DNA of 64,000 bases from Minisyncoccota bacterium (GTDB taxonomy: Bacteria > Patescibacteriota > Minisyncoccia > Phycocordibacterales > JABMNX01): the NCBI GenBank assembly GCA_965222715.1, contig OZ244961.1:12172-76171 (forward strand), in the 5' to 3' direction. The notes beneath the pieces are model-generated. The model was not told where the DNA came from. It made no database searches and saw only the letters and a list, made by a program, of their open reading frames with translations. Position 1 is the stretch's first letter. Every line of letters begins with the position of its first letter. Shown here one piece after another: positions 47,334-57,714 of this stretch. Made by a program: the position numbers and the translations under genes.

Positions 47334-49526
47334 ATGGCACAAGAACTTCCCCTAGAAAAAGTCCGCAACTTTGGAATTGTTGCGCACGTTGACGCAGGAA
47401 AGACCACCACGTCTGAGCGTATTTTGTATTACACGGGGCAGAGCCATAAAATTGGTGAGGTGCATGACGGAGAGACCACTACTGACTGGATGGAGCAGGA
47501 GCGAGAGCGCGGTATCACTATTACCGCAGCTGCGATTACCTGTTTCTGGACACCAATGTATGACCGTTTAGGGGATGATGGCAAGGTTGCTGCAAGTACG
47601 AAGGAGGACCCAACCAAGCATCGTTTTAATATTATTGACACCCCTGGTCACATCGACTTTACCTCAGAGGTACAGCGTTCAATGCGCGTGCTCGACGGTG
47701 CAGTTGTCGTGTTTGATGGTGTTGCGGGTGTTGAGCCTCAGTCTGAAACTAACTGGCGATATGCAGAAGAGGCATCAGTACCACGACTCTGTTTTATAAA
47801 TAAGCTTGACCGGACCGGTGCAAGTTTTGAGCGTTCATTTGCAAGTATTCTTGAGCGATTGAGTAAAGATGCAGTTCGCGTACAGCTCCCTATTGGAGAA
47901 GAAGATGCACATGAGGGAGTTATTGATCTTCTTACACGAAAGGTATACCACTCAGAAGGAAATCTTGGAGAAGAGGTAGTTGTCTCTGATGATATTCCTG
48001 AGAATCTTAAAGCCGATGTTGAGAAGTACCGAAATGAACTTATCGAAAAAATTGTTGAGCAAGACGAAACAGCAATGGAGAAGTATCTTGAAGGAGAGGA
48101 ACCAAGTCTTGAGGAACTCAAGAAATTGATGCGTAAAGGAGTAATCGCAAACAAGATCTTCCCTGTCTTTACTGGTTCAGCACTTAAAAACAAGGGAGTG
48201 CAAAACATTCTTGATGCAGTGGTTGACTACCTTCCATCACCACTTGATATGCCACCAGCAAAAGGATTGAAGCCTGGAACTGAAGAGGTGATCGAGCGAA
48301 AGGCGTCAGAAGATGAGCCATTTGCTGCCCTTGTCTTTAAACTCCAGACTGACCCATTCGTAGGGCAACTCTCATTCTTCCGTGTGTACTCTGGTGTCAT
48401 TAAAGCGGGAAGCACTGTGCTAAATGCAACCACAGGAAATAAAGAACGTGTCGGACGAATTGTACGACTGCAGGCTGATAAGCGAGAAGAAATTCAAGAA
48501 GTGCGAGCTGGAGAAATTGCAGCAGCGGTGGGTATGAAAGAAGCAAAGATTGGTCAAACACTCTGCGACCCAGCGCACCCAATTGAGCTTGAGAAGATTG
48601 AATTCCGTCTTCCAGTTATTTCAATGCGTATTGAACCTAAAACAAAAGCAGACCAAGAGAAGCTTGGTGTTGCGCTATCAAAACTTTCAGACGAAGACCC
48701 AACCTTCCGTGTTGAAAGTGATGATGAAACAGGTGACACTATTATTTCAGGTATGGGTGAGCTTCACCTCGACATCCTTGTTGATCGTATGAAGCGAGAG
48801 TTTGGCGTTGAAGCAAACACTGGTCAACCGCAGGTAGCGTATCGTGAGACGATTCAAGGAGAAGCTGAAGCAGAAAATAAATACATTAAGCAAACAGGTG
48901 GTCGTGGACAGTACGGACACACCAAGATTCGTATCAAACCACTCGGAGACTTACCAGAAGACGAGAAAGAGCGAGAAAAATACCTTAAGAATGTTGAGCG
49001 AGAGGATCATTTTGAATTCGTTAACTCAATTAAAGGAGGGGTGATTCCAGCAGAATATATTCCAGCAGTACGAAAAGGTGTAAAAGAAGCAATGGAGCGA
49101 GGAATTGTTGCTGGGTACCCACTCGTTGATGTTTCAGTTGAGCTCTATGACGGTTCATACCACGATGTTGACTCATCTGAAGTTGCCTTTAAAATCTCAG
49201 GCTCTCAAGCATTTCAAGATGCAGCAAAACGAGCGCGCCCAACACTCCTTGAACCAGTTATGCGTGTTGAGATAGTGGTACCTGAGAAGTTTATGGGTGA
49301 CATCAACGGAAACATTAGCTCAAAACGTGGCCAAGTGGAGAGTATGGACGATCGAACAGGAGGGCTCAAGGTGATTCACGCGAAAGTGCCGCTTGCTGAA
49401 ATGTTTGGCTATACCACAACCCTCCGCTCAATGACTGAAGGGCGAGGCAATATGGTCATGGAGTTCGACTCATACGCAGTCGTTCCACAGAATGTTGCAC
49501 AAGATATTGTGAACGCACGAAGCTAG
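47334..49526 (+). CDS. fusA: elongation factor G
   Basis: G-domain motifs [21 protein letters not shown]; full length. Confidence 0.9.
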   Translation: MAQELPLEKVRNFGIVAHVDAGKTTTSERILYYTGQSHKIGEVHDGETTTDWMEQERERGITITAAAITCFWTPMYDRLGDDGKVAASTKEDPTKHRFNIIDTPGHIDFTSEVQRSMRVLDGAVVVFDGVAGVEPQSETNWRYAEEASVPRLCFINKLDRTGASFERSFASILERLSKDAVRVQLPIGEEDAHEGVIDLLTRKVYHSEGNLGEEVVVSDDIPENLKADVEKYRNELIEKIVEQDETAMEKYLEGEEPSLEELKKLMRKGVIANKIFPVFTGSALKNKGVQNILDAVVDYLPSPLDMPPAKGLKPGTEEVIERKASEDEPFAALVFKLQTDPFVGQLSFFRVYSGVIKAGSTVLNATTGNKERVGRIVRLQADKREEIQEVRAGEIAAAVGMKEAKIGQTLCDPAHPIELEKIEFRLPVISMRIEPKTKADQEKLGVALSKLSDEDPTFRVESDDETGDTIISGMGELHLDILVDRMKREFGVEANTGQPQVAYRETIQGEAEAENKYIKQTGGRGQYGHTKIRIKPLGDLPEDEKEREKYLKNVEREDHFEFVNSIKGGVIPAEYIPAVRKGVKEAMERGIVAGYPLVDVSVELYDGSYHDVDSSEVAFKISGSQAFQDAAKRARPTLLEPVMRVEIVVPEKFMGDINGNISSKRGQVESMDDRTGGLKVIHAKVPLAEMFGYTTTLRSMTEGRGNMVMEFDSYAVVPQNVAQDIVNARS

Positions 49527-49557
49527 TCTTTGTATAAGTCTTTAGCTAGGTAAAAAA

Positions 49558-49577
49558 ACGCCAAGAGTACTCTTGGC
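49558..49577 (+). terminator. Terminator, copy 3 of the palindrome CGCCAAGAGTACTCTTGGCG with A7/T7 flanks
   Basis: Read directly. Confidence 0.65.
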
Positions 49578-49782
49578 GTTTTTTTGCGCTCGTTTTACGG
49601 AGGCTTATATGTATTTCTTGACTTCTTTTTATGCTATTGATACCATACAAGCACGCTAGTGACGCGTATTTTTTTTGCACGCGTCGTTGGGCAATATTAT
49701 TAAGCGTGTTTACGCTCAGAAGCGAGTCAACTTGTTCTCGTGCACTCGCTTCTGAGAGTGTAAGCATTAATCGATTATTACT

Positions 49783-50979
49783 ATGGCAGATTTTGATCGT
49801 TCAAAACCGCACGTAAACGTAGGAACCATCGGTCACGTTGACCATGGAAAGACTACGCTTACTGCCGGCATTCTCCACGTCCTCAATATGATGGGCGGAG
49901 AGTACGGTGCAAATGTGAAAGCAGTTGATGCTATCGACAGTGCACCAGAAGAAAAAGAGCGTGGTATTACCATCGCCCTTTCTCACAACGAGTACTGGAC
50001 ACCAAACCGCCACTACGCACACATCGACGCCCCAGGCCACGCCGACTACATCAAAAACATGATTACCGGTGCAGCTCAAATGGATGGCGCAGTGCTTGTG
50101 GTTGCTGCATCAGACGGTGTGATGCCACAGACTCGTGAGCACATCTTGCTTGCAAAGCAGGTAGGTGTACCAAAAATTATTGTATTCCTTAACAAGGTAG
50201 ATCAAGTTGATGACAACGACCTTGTTGATCTTGTGGAAGAAGAAGTGCGTGAACTCCTTACCAAGTACGACTTTGATGGAGAAAATGCGCCAGTTATTCG
50301 TGGTTCAGGTCTCAAAGCTCTTGAATCATCATCAGCTGATGATGAGTGGGCAGGAAAGGTGAAAGAACTCATTACCGCTATGGATGAGTACTTCCCACTT
50401 CCTGAGCGTGAAACTGACAAGCCATTCTTGATGCCAATCGAAGATATCTTCTCAATTGAAGGTCGCGGAACAGTAGTGACCGGACGAATTGAGCGAGGTA
50501 TCGCAAAAGTTGGTGAAGAGGTTGAGATTGTTGGAATCAAAGACACCACAAAGACCACCATTACTGGAATTGAAATGTTTAACAAACAACTTCAGCAAGG
50601 TGAAGCAGGTGACAACGCAGGTATTCTTCTTCGAGGAACGAAGAAAGAAGATATTCACCGCGGACAAGTGCTTGCAAAACCAGGTTCAGTAACTCCACAC
50701 ACTGAATTTGAAGCAGAAGTCTACATTCTTAACAAGGATGAAGGTGGACGACACACCCCATTCTTCACTGGATACAAGCCTCAGTTCTACATCCGAACAA
50801 CGGACGTCACTGGTGAGGTAACACTCGCAGAAGGAACTGAAATGGTTATGCCAGGAGATACCGCAACCTTTAAGGTAAAACTCGTTGGCCCAATTGCTCT
50901 TGAAGAACAACAGAAGTTTGCTGTTCGTGAAGGAGGTAAAACTGTTGGTGCTGGTGTGGTAACTAAGATTGTTGCGTAA
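49783..50979 (+). CDS. tuf: elongation factor Tu
   Basis: [22 protein letters not shown] motifs. Confidence 0.9.
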   Translation: MADFDRSKPHVNVGTIGHVDHGKTTLTAGILHVLNMMGGEYGANVKAVDAIDSAPEEKERGITIALSHNEYWTPNRHYAHIDAPGHADYIKNMITGAAQMDGAVLVVAASDGVMPQTREHILLAKQVGVPKIIVFLNKVDQVDDNDLVDLVEEEVRELLTKYDFDGENAPVIRGSGLKALESSSADDEWAGKVKELITAMDEYFPLPERETDKPFLMPIEDIFSIEGRGTVVTGRIERGIAKVGEEVEIVGIKDTTKTTITGIEMFNKQLQQGEAGDNAGILLRGTKKEDIHRGQVLAKPGSVTPHTEFEAEVYILNKDEGGRHTPFFTGYKPQFYIRTTDVTGEVTLAEGTEMVMPGDTATFKVKLVGPIALEEQQKFAVREGGKTVGAGVVTKIVA

Positions 50980-51056
50980 GGAATCTCTAGAAGAGTTAAG
51001 AGAAACTAGATTTACCGACTTCCGTGTGCTACGATGCACACCAAGATTAAAGAACA

Positions 51057-51458
51057 ATGACAACTAAAGACGATACATCACAAAAGAGTACTGCAGCTAA
51101 AGCCGCACCAAAAAAGAAAGCGGCTAAGAAAGCAGATACTCCAGAATCAGGAATTCAACGACTTCGTATCAAAGTGCGTGCCTATGAGCACAAGCTTCTT
51201 GATGCGTCAGTAAAACAGATCATTGATACTGGATTACGGTATGACGCTGAAATCGTTGGTCCGGTTCCTCTTCCAACCGAGAAGAAGCGCTACACGGTTA
51301 ACCGTTCAACGTTTGTGCACAAGGATGCGCGAGAACAGTTCGAGATGCGCGTGCATAAGCGAATGATTGATATCCTTAATCCCAACCAAAAGGTGATTGA
51401 GGCGCTGACCAATCTCTCGCTTCCGTCTGGCGTCAACATCGACGTGAAGATGATGTAG
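51057..51458 (+). CDS. rpsJ: 30S ribosomal protein S10 with K/A-rich N-terminal extension
   Basis: Core IRIKVRAYEHKLLDAS ... matches S10. Confidence 0.85.
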   Translation: MTTKDDTSQKSTAAKAAPKKKAAKKADTPESGIQRLRIKVRAYEHKLLDASVKQIIDTGLRYDAEIVGPVPLPTEKKRYTVNRSTFVHKDAREQFEMRVHKRMIDILNPNQKVIEALTNLSLPSGVNIDVKMM

Positions 51459-51670
51459 AGATTAAGGAGTTACTTTATAACGACTATAATCTCAAATTCC
51501 CGACCAAGGCGTCGGGGATGTAGTCTCTAGTTACTCAAGAACAAAAACACAAAACACCGCCCAATTCTGGGCGGTGTTTTGTATTCGGCTCAACTTATTT
51601 GACCAGACTAATTTTTTGTGGTAATTATTAATATCAGAATGTAACTTTTTGGTATGGGGAGGAATTACCC

Positions 51671-52339
51671 ATGAGTTCACAAGATAAAGAATATCGCGTT
51701 GAGGTGAGGGTTCGGAACAACCTCATCCTCAAGAAGATGGAAGAGCGGGGAATTAAGAGTGTTGCTGAGCTATGCCGTGTTATAGGAAAGCCAAGTCAAC
51801 AATCTCACGTTGGGGATATCATTAATCTCAAGCTTTCGCCGGTAAATCAACAGACTGGCAAGTGGCGGGAGGTTGTGGTGCTGATGGCGAACGCACTCGG
51901 CTGTTTCCCAGAAGAACTTTTTTCAGATGAACAGTTAAACTTACAGCTTGAAAAGAATCGTTCGCATTTCGAGCTACATGCCGGCGAGATTCAAAAGGCT
52001 CTTGGTATAACTTCTGCTGAAGAAAGATCTCCTGAGACACAGCTCGAGTTTCTTGATGTACACCGAACAATCTCACTCGCCCTTAACTCCTTAACACCTC
52101 GTGAAGAGCGAGTTATCCGTCTGCGCTTTGGTCTTGGCGGTGTAGCTGAGCACACCTTGGCGGAAATAGCCCTCGAGTTAGGAGTAACTCATGAATATGT
52201 TCGTCACATTGAGCTTAATGCGCTACATAAGCTCAGGCATCCTAGTCGTTTAGTTCAGTTAAGTCAAGTTACCTGTGTCCGATCGGGCCCTAACCGCTTT
52301 GACGTTGAGCTTGACGGCGATCTCTTCAACAAAAGTTAA
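51671..52339 (+). CDS. XRE-like HTH + sigma70 region 3.2/4-like C-terminal domain protein lacking sigma region 2; inserted between rpsJ and rplC
   Basis: C-terminus [53 protein letters not shown] is near-identical in pattern to RpoD region 4.2; N-terminus [24 protein letters not shown] is XRE-like. Confidence 0.6.
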   Translation: MSSQDKEYRVEVRVRNNLILKKMEERGIKSVAELCRVIGKPSQQSHVGDIINLKLSPVNQQTGKWREVVVLMANALGCFPEELFSDEQLNLQLEKNRSHFELHAGEIQKALGITSAEERSPETQLEFLDVHRTISLALNSLTPREERVIRLRFGLGGVAEHTLAEIALELGVTHEYVRHIELNALHKLRHPSRLVQLSQVTCVRSGPNRFDVELDGDLFNKS

Positions 52340-52645
52340 AAACAGGTTCCTCAATATGTTAGCCGTGTATACGCCAAAGGGTTATTCCTTTCGCCTATAT
52401 ACGGCTTTTCTTTTTTCTTGCATTATTTTAGGACTCCTGTATACTCTCCCTAACTCATATGAGTTGATCTATGTACAAAGCGCGTGCTTTGGACCAATGG
52501 ACAAAGAAACCGCAAGCCGGCTTTAGTCCATTGCGGATTTTTTATAAGCGACGTAGGGTGAGTGAAACAAAATATCTTAAATATTTTGTTTCCGAGCCGA
52601 GGAGCTTATACAAGACGAAGTGCTTTTATTTCAAATTCAAAAATC

Positions 52646-53281
52646 GTGAAATTTATACTGGGAACAAAACAACATATGACGCAAGTCTTCGATACTGAAG
52701 GCGTCACTCACCCTGCAACTATCATTAGTGCAGGGCCATTGACCGTGACTCAGGTAAAGAAAGCCGATGGGGTAGATACATATGACGCAGTACAAGTTGG
52801 ATACGGTTCACGACATGAAAAAAATGTTGCGCAAGCGCAAAAAGGTCACACAAAAGATCTTGGTGTATTCCGACACTTGAAAGAATTTCGCCTATCAAAT
52901 ACAGAGACAGGTGAGTACAATCGAGGTGACGCTATCGACGTTTCTGTGTTCCAACCAGGAGATGTGGTTGAGGTGTCAGCTATTTCAAAAGGAAAGGGAT
53001 TCCAGGGTGTGGTAAAGCGACATGGGTTTGCAGGAGGTCCTCGTACTCACGGCAATAAGCACCATGAGCGAACACCTGGTTCTATTGGTGCACAAGGTCC
53101 ACAGCGCGTACTTAAAGGGGTACGTATGGCAGGACGAATGGGAGGTGACCGAGTCACTGTGAAGAATCTAAAGATTCTTCAGGTCGATACTGAGAATAAT
53201 ACTCTCGTAATTAAGGGTGCAATCCCAGGACATCGTGGCACACTCGTTGAGATTCGAGGTATTGTTGCTACAGAAGCGTAG
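52646..53281 (+). CDS. rplC: 50S ribosomal protein L3 (GTG start)
   Basis: (M)KFILGTKQHMTQVFD ... matches the L3 N-terminus; start at the GTG. Confidence 0.85.
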   Translation: MKFILGTKQHMTQVFDTEGVTHPATIISAGPLTVTQVKKADGVDTYDAVQVGYGSRHEKNVAQAQKGHTKDLGVFRHLKEFRLSNTETGEYNRGDAIDVSVFQPGDVVEVSAISKGKGFQGVVKRHGFAGGPRTHGNKHHERTPGSIGAQGPQRVLKGVRMAGRMGGDRVTVKNLKILQVDTENNTLVIKGAIPGHRGTLVEIRGIVATEA

Positions 53282-53296
53282 TTTTAAATACACATT

Positions 53297-54064
53297 ATGG
53301 AAAAGATTTCAGTATACAACCAAGAAGGAAAAGAAGTTTCAAAGGTAAGTCTTCCTGAGGATATTTTTAATGTAGCAATGAATGCTGATCTACTACACCA
53401 GGTAGTTATCTCTCTTCAAGCAAACATGCGCACACCAGTTGCGCACACGAAAGATCGAGGAGACGTACGTGGTGGTGGACGTAAGCCGTGGCGACAAAAA
53501 GGAACAGGGCGTGCACGTCACGGCTCAATCCGCTCTCCATTATGGCGAGGTGGTGGAGTAACTTTTGGCCCACGAAATGATACTGATTACTCAAAGAAGG
53601 TGAACAAGAAAATGCGCACCAAAGCACTTTTTGTTGCACTCTCACAGAAACTTCGTGATGGAGAAATGCTCCTCCTCGACTCAGTGTCATTTAGCACTCC
53701 AAAAACTGCTGATGCAAAAACACTTCTCATGACACTTTCTTCTGTATCTGGTTTTGAGACACTTGTCACTAAAAAGAATAACAGCGCACTCATTGTCATT
53801 CCTGAGCGAGATCTTGTGACAATGCGAAGCTTTAATAACATTGGCAATGTAACAATAGCTGAGCTTCGAAACATTAATGCGCGTGACATACTCATGTATA
53901 AACATGTTATTTTTGTAAATCCAGAAGCGATGACCTCCTTCTTTGAGACAAAAGGAAAAGCAAAAGAAGGGGAAGATGCGGTCGAGCCAGCAGCAGAAAA
54001 ACAGACAAAGAAGGTAGTAAAGAAAGAAGCCGCACAAGCTGTGTCAGAAGCTAAAGCTAAATAA
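53297..54064 (+). CDS. rplD: 50S ribosomal protein L4 with K/E/A-rich C-terminal extension
   Basis: L4 core; order in operon. Confidence 0.85.
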   Translation: MEKISVYNQEGKEVSKVSLPEDIFNVAMNADLLHQVVISLQANMRTPVAHTKDRGDVRGGGRKPWRQKGTGRARHGSIRSPLWRGGGVTFGPRNDTDYSKKVNKKMRTKALFVALSQKLRDGEMLLLDSVSFSTPKTADAKTLLMTLSSVSGFETLVTKKNNSALIVIPERDLVTMRSFNNIGNVTIAELRNINARDILMYKHVIFVNPEAMTSFFETKGKAKEGEDAVEPAAEKQTKKVVKKEAAQAVSEAKAK

Positions 54065-54069
54065 GTACT

Positions 54070-54492
54070 ATGGCATTATTCCGTGTAAAAAAGAATACTG
54101 AAGAAAAGGTAGACGAGAAGAAGCAGGATTCTATCCAGCAGGATACTGCTGCGACTACAAAAAAAGCTGATACAAAAACTACGGTAGTCGAAGGAGTGGA
54201 CTATAACAGAGATATCTCTTCTGTACTTTTGAATGTGCGTGTGACAGAGAAGGCAACATTTGCAAACGAGAAAGGTGCCTACGTATTTGACATTTCTCCA
54301 CGTGCAACTAAGCGTGATGTTGCTGAAGCAATTAAAGCGCTTTATAAAGTCACTCCACGACAAGTGAATATTGCAAAAATTCCTTCTAAGCGAGTACGGG
54401 TACGTAGTCAGCGAAATGCCTTCGGTGTTAAATCAGGAGGTAAGAAAGCGTATGTATATTTGAAGAAAGGAGATACTATCGATAGTGTATAG
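54070..54492 (+). CDS. rplW: 50S ribosomal protein L23 with N-terminal extension
   Basis: L23 core (VLLNVRVTEKAT...); order. Confidence 0.8.
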   Translation: MALFRVKKNTEEKVDEKKQDSIQQDTAATTKKADTKTTVVEGVDYNRDISSVLLNVRVTEKATFANEKGAYVFDISPRATKRDVAEAIKALYKVTPRQVNIAKIPSKRVRVRSQRNAFGVKSGGKKAYVYLKKGDTIDSV

Positions 54493-54495
54493 CGT

Positions 54496-55335
54496 ATGAA
54501 ATTATTTAAACCAACAACACCAGGACGACGAGGAATGAGCGGAGTGAGCTTGAAGAAACTCACTGCTTCTAAGCCGTTCAAGAAACTTACTAAAGGTAAG
54601 AAGCGCTCAGTCGGCCGCAATAGTAAGGGGCGCATCACTACTCGTCATAAAGGAGGTGGCCACAAGCGACTCTACAGAGAGATTGATTTTCGCTATGACA
54701 AGCGAGGTATTCCTGCACGCATTGAAACGATTGAGTATGACCCCAACCGTTCAGGGTTTGTAGGACTCCTTCTGTTTGCTGACGGTGAGCGTCGCTACAC
54801 CCTCATCCCCCAATCGGTAAAGGTTGGTGATAGTATTACCATTTCAGAAAAAGCACCAATAAAGCCAGGAAACCGTCTTCACATTAAACATGCGCCAATT
54901 GGTACCTTTGTATACAATGTTGAATTAAAACCAGAGGGTGGCGCAAAGATTATTCGCTCAGCAGGAACCTACGCTGAAGTAATTGGTCACGACGCTGGGT
55001 ATACGCTCTTAAAAATGCCGTCAAGCGAGGTACGAAAAGTACTCGGTACGTGTTGGGCATCAATTGGTGAAGTATCAAATGAAGAGCATAAATTGGTGAA
55101 TATTGGTAAGGCTGGACGTAATCGATGGCTCGGTAAACGACCAACAGTACGTGGTGCAGCAATGAATCCAGTTGACCATCCACATGGTGGTGGAGAAGGT
55201 AAAGCTGGTCGTGGTCACCGACGTGCTCGATCTAAGTGGGGTAAACCTACTGGAAAGGGACAGAAAACCAGAAAACCAAAGAAATATTCCAATGCGCTTG
55301 TCGTTCGTCGACGAAAGGTTGGCAAAAAACGGTAA
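54496..55335 (+). CDS. rplB: 50S ribosomal protein L2
   Basis: L2 motifs (GRNSKGRITTRHKGGGHKR, HPHGGGEGK). Confidence 0.9.
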   Translation: MKLFKPTTPGRRGMSGVSLKKLTASKPFKKLTKGKKRSVGRNSKGRITTRHKGGGHKRLYREIDFRYDKRGIPARIETIEYDPNRSGFVGLLLFADGERRYTLIPQSVKVGDSITISEKAPIKPGNRLHIKHAPIGTFVYNVELKPEGGAKIIRSAGTYAEVIGHDAGYTLLKMPSSEVRKVLGTCWASIGEVSNEEHKLVNIGKAGRNRWLGKRPTVRGAAMNPVDHPHGGGEGKAGRGHRRARSKWGKPTGKGQKTRKPKKYSNALVVRRRKVGKKR

Positions 55336-55454
55336 GCCCAGGTATACTTATTGGACACAAGCGACTCTCTGAGTCGCTTGTGTTTTGTGAGGGTATGTGA
55401 TTTAGTGCGCTTAGTTAGAAGTAGCCAGGAACACTAGAAAATGGAGCAAAACGC

Positions 55455-55727
55455 ATGGCCGCTACGTGTTTGAGCCATCGAAAGTGGCAGGTTATTGAGG
55501 CTCGACCTCAAAAAGGTATCTATACAATCAGGGAACAAGGAGGAGACACACAACTCACCATCCTCGTGAACCAAATGTTTGTTGTGGGTGACGTGGTTCG
55601 CCTACTTGCAGTAAATGAAGTGCGTGGAATGAGCCTCGTACGTAGAGGTGTTGAGTTGATCTGGTTTTCGAAGGAGAAGGGAAGTAAAGGCCCAGTTCCG
55701 ATCACCATACAAGAAGGAGTTGTCTGA
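55455..55727 (+). CDS. hypothetical 90-aa protein, GC-rich, inserted between rplB and rpsS
   Basis: Flanked upstream by the rplB terminator (55360-55396); downstream by a hairpin and a TTGACA-17-TACTAT promoter. Confidence 0.4.
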   Translation: MAATCLSHRKWQVIEARPQKGIYTIREQGGDTQLTILVNQMFVVGDVVRLLAVNEVRGMSLVRRGVELIWFSKEKGSKGPVPITIQEGVV

Positions 55728-55837
55728 CGGGTTATGTGTAGGTTGCACATACCCGTCTTTTGTTTGACAGAACACCTCTATTCAGCTACTATATTCCCGA
55801 AGCTCTGCTCAGAGCTTATTTGTTTGATTGATTATTT

Positions 55838-56179
55838 ATGGCACGATCTATTAAAAAGGGTCCATATGTTGACCCTCGAGTACAAAAGAAAATCGAAGGG
55901 AAAAAGCCAAACGAAGCTGGTGTTATTAAGACATGGGCTCGTCGAAGCCAAATTTCACCAGATATGGTTGGTTTTACCTTTGGGGTACACAATGGTCGTG
56001 AGCACATCAATGTATTTGTTACTGACGAGATGGTTGGACATCGACTAGGAGAGTTTTCTCCAACAAAGAAATTCCACCGACACGGAGGTAAGATGCAAAA
56101 AGAGCTTGAGCAGCGACAAAAAGAAGCAGAAATTGCTGCAGCAAAGGCCGCGAAAGCAGCCGGAGAGGCAAAAAAATAA
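55838..56179 (+). CDS. rpsS: 30S ribosomal protein S19 with A/K-rich C-terminal extension
   Basis: S19 core [12 protein letters not shown] ... GHRLGEF. Confidence 0.9.
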   Translation: MARSIKKGPYVDPRVQKKIEGKKPNEAGVIKTWARRSQISPDMVGFTFGVHNGREHINVFVTDEMVGHRLGEFSPTKKFHRHGGKMQKELEQRQKEAEIAAAKAAKAAGEAKK

Positions 56180-56187
56180 ACTAGTAT

Positions 56188-56619
56188 ATGAAAGCGCGAC
56201 TCAAAAACTATCGTCAATCACCACGCAAAGTACGCCTTGTTGCTGACCTTGTTCGTGGTAAAAGTGTTGAGCGCGCACTCACTATACTTTCTTTTCTTGA
56301 TAAGAAAGCAGCACTTCCTGTACGAAAACTCATTACATCAGCTGTTGCAAATGCTGAACAAAAAGGGGTGCAGAAAGAAAATCTAACCATACGTGATATT
56401 CAGGTAAACCCAGGATTTTCTTTTGTACGATATCGAGCACGAGCTCGAGGACGTGCTGCGCCTATTAGAAAGCGCTCAAGTCATGTCGACGTAGTGCTTT
56501 CTGAGGGTTCTCAGGAGAACACCGAGAAAAAAGTAGTAAAATCAGCTAAGAAGACAGCAGAAAAAAAGGTAGAGAAAAAAGCAGAGAAAAAAGAAACAGC
56601 TACTGCTAACACACAATAA
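56188..56619 (+). CDS. rplV: 50S ribosomal protein L22 (K/E-rich tail)
   Basis: L22 core; order. Confidence 0.85.
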   Translation: MKARLKNYRQSPRKVRLVADLVRGKSVERALTILSFLDKKAALPVRKLITSAVANAEQKGVQKENLTIRDIQVNPGFSFVRYRARARGRAAPIRKRSSHVDVVLSEGSQENTEKKVVKSAKKTAEKKVEKKAEKKETATANTQ

Positions 56620-56621
56620 CC

Positions 56622-57287
56622 ATGACACATACCGTACACCCATTTGCACATAGACTTGGTATCCTTCGTGACTGGAAGTCACGCTGGTTTGCTGCGAACC
56701 CTCGCGCGTATCGAGAGGGAGTTAAGGTAGATACCACTATCCGACAGTTTCTTGCGAAGCGACTTCGTGGTATGTACGTTGGTTCTCTTGAGATTGAACG
56801 AAACCAAAATACTATTCGTATCATCATTAAAACATCTCGCCCTGGTATTATCATTGGCCGCAGTGGAGAGGGAAGTGTGAAACTTAAGAAAGATATTGAG
56901 AAGGTAGTTGCGAAACTCAAACTTGAAGAGACTCCAGAAATTAAGATTGATATTGAAGAGATTCGGTCTCCTGAATCAGATGCTGCTATTGTTTCTCAAA
57001 TGATCGCAGAAGGCCTTGAGAAGCGTATGCAATTTCGTCGTGTATTAAAACAGACTGCTGAGAAGGTTATGGCAAACCGTGATGTAGAAGGTGTACGTAT
57101 CGCGGTTTCTGGACGTCTCGCTGGAGCTGAGATGTCGCGTCGAGAAGAGGTGAAGAAAGGTCGAGTACCGCTGCAGACATTTCGTGCAGATATTGATTTT
57201 GCCCGCGAAAAAGCGTATCTTCCGTACGGTGTTATTGGTATTAAGGTATGGATTTACCGCGGTGAGGTGTTTGAGGGAGAAAAATAA
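56622..57287 (+). CDS. rpsC: 30S ribosomal protein S3
   Basis: KH and S3-C domains; order. Confidence 0.9.
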   Translation: MTHTVHPFAHRLGILRDWKSRWFAANPRAYREGVKVDTTIRQFLAKRLRGMYVGSLEIERNQNTIRIIIKTSRPGIIIGRSGEGSVKLKKDIEKVVAKLKLEETPEIKIDIEEIRSPESDAAIVSQMIAEGLEKRMQFRRVLKQTAEKVMANRDVEGVRIAVSGRLAGAEMSRREEVKKGRVPLQTFRADIDFAREKAYLPYGVIGIKVWIYRGEVFEGEK

Positions 57288-57296
57288 ACTACTCAT

Positions 57297-57713
57297 ATGT
57301 TATTTCCTAAGAAAGTAAAATATAGAAAGTGGCAGACTGGTCGCACCAATAAAAGTAAGGTGCATGCTGCAAGTCGTGGTGTTGATGTATCTTTTGGCTC
57401 ACATGGACTGAAGGCAGTAACAGGAGAGCGTATCAAGTCAAACCAAATTGAGGCAGCTCGTCGTGTTATCAGTCGTACTCTTGGGAAAACTGGTAAAACG
57501 TGGATCCGTATTTTTCCTGATCGACCATACACCCAAAAAGCAGCTGAGGTTGGTATGGGTAAAGGAAAGGGTGATCCACAAGGCTACGTTGCTGAAGTAC
57601 GCCCTGGCCGCATGCTTTTTGAGGTTGATGGAGTAAGTGATACGGTTGCACGAGAGGCACTTCGAAAGGCAGGTACAAAACTACCAGTTAAGACAAAAGT
57701 AGTAAGTCGATAG
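57297..57713 (+). CDS. rplP: 50S ribosomal protein L16
   Basis: MLFPKKVKYRKWQTGR ... L16 core. Confidence 0.9.
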   Translation: MLFPKKVKYRKWQTGRTNKSKVHAASRGVDVSFGSHGLKAVTGERIKSNQIEAARRVISRTLGKTGKTWIRIFPDRPYTQKAAEVGMGKGKGDPQGYVAEVRPGRMLFEVDGVSDTVAREALRKAGTKLPVKTKVVSR

Positions 57714-57714
57714 T

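Noticed and set aside
1029-49577. CRISPR array
   Set aside because: Only three dispersed copies of the palindrome, separated by tens of kb with no regular spacers. No array is present anywhere in the window.
52340-52645. ORF 52471-52698 (75 aa) and a promoter-like TTGCAT-16-TATACT plus terminator CCGCAAGCCGG...TTGCGG upstream of rplC
   Set aside because: The ORF overlaps the real rplC GTG start region and has no RBS or domain. It is more likely a structured rplC leader or the terminator of the inserted gene.
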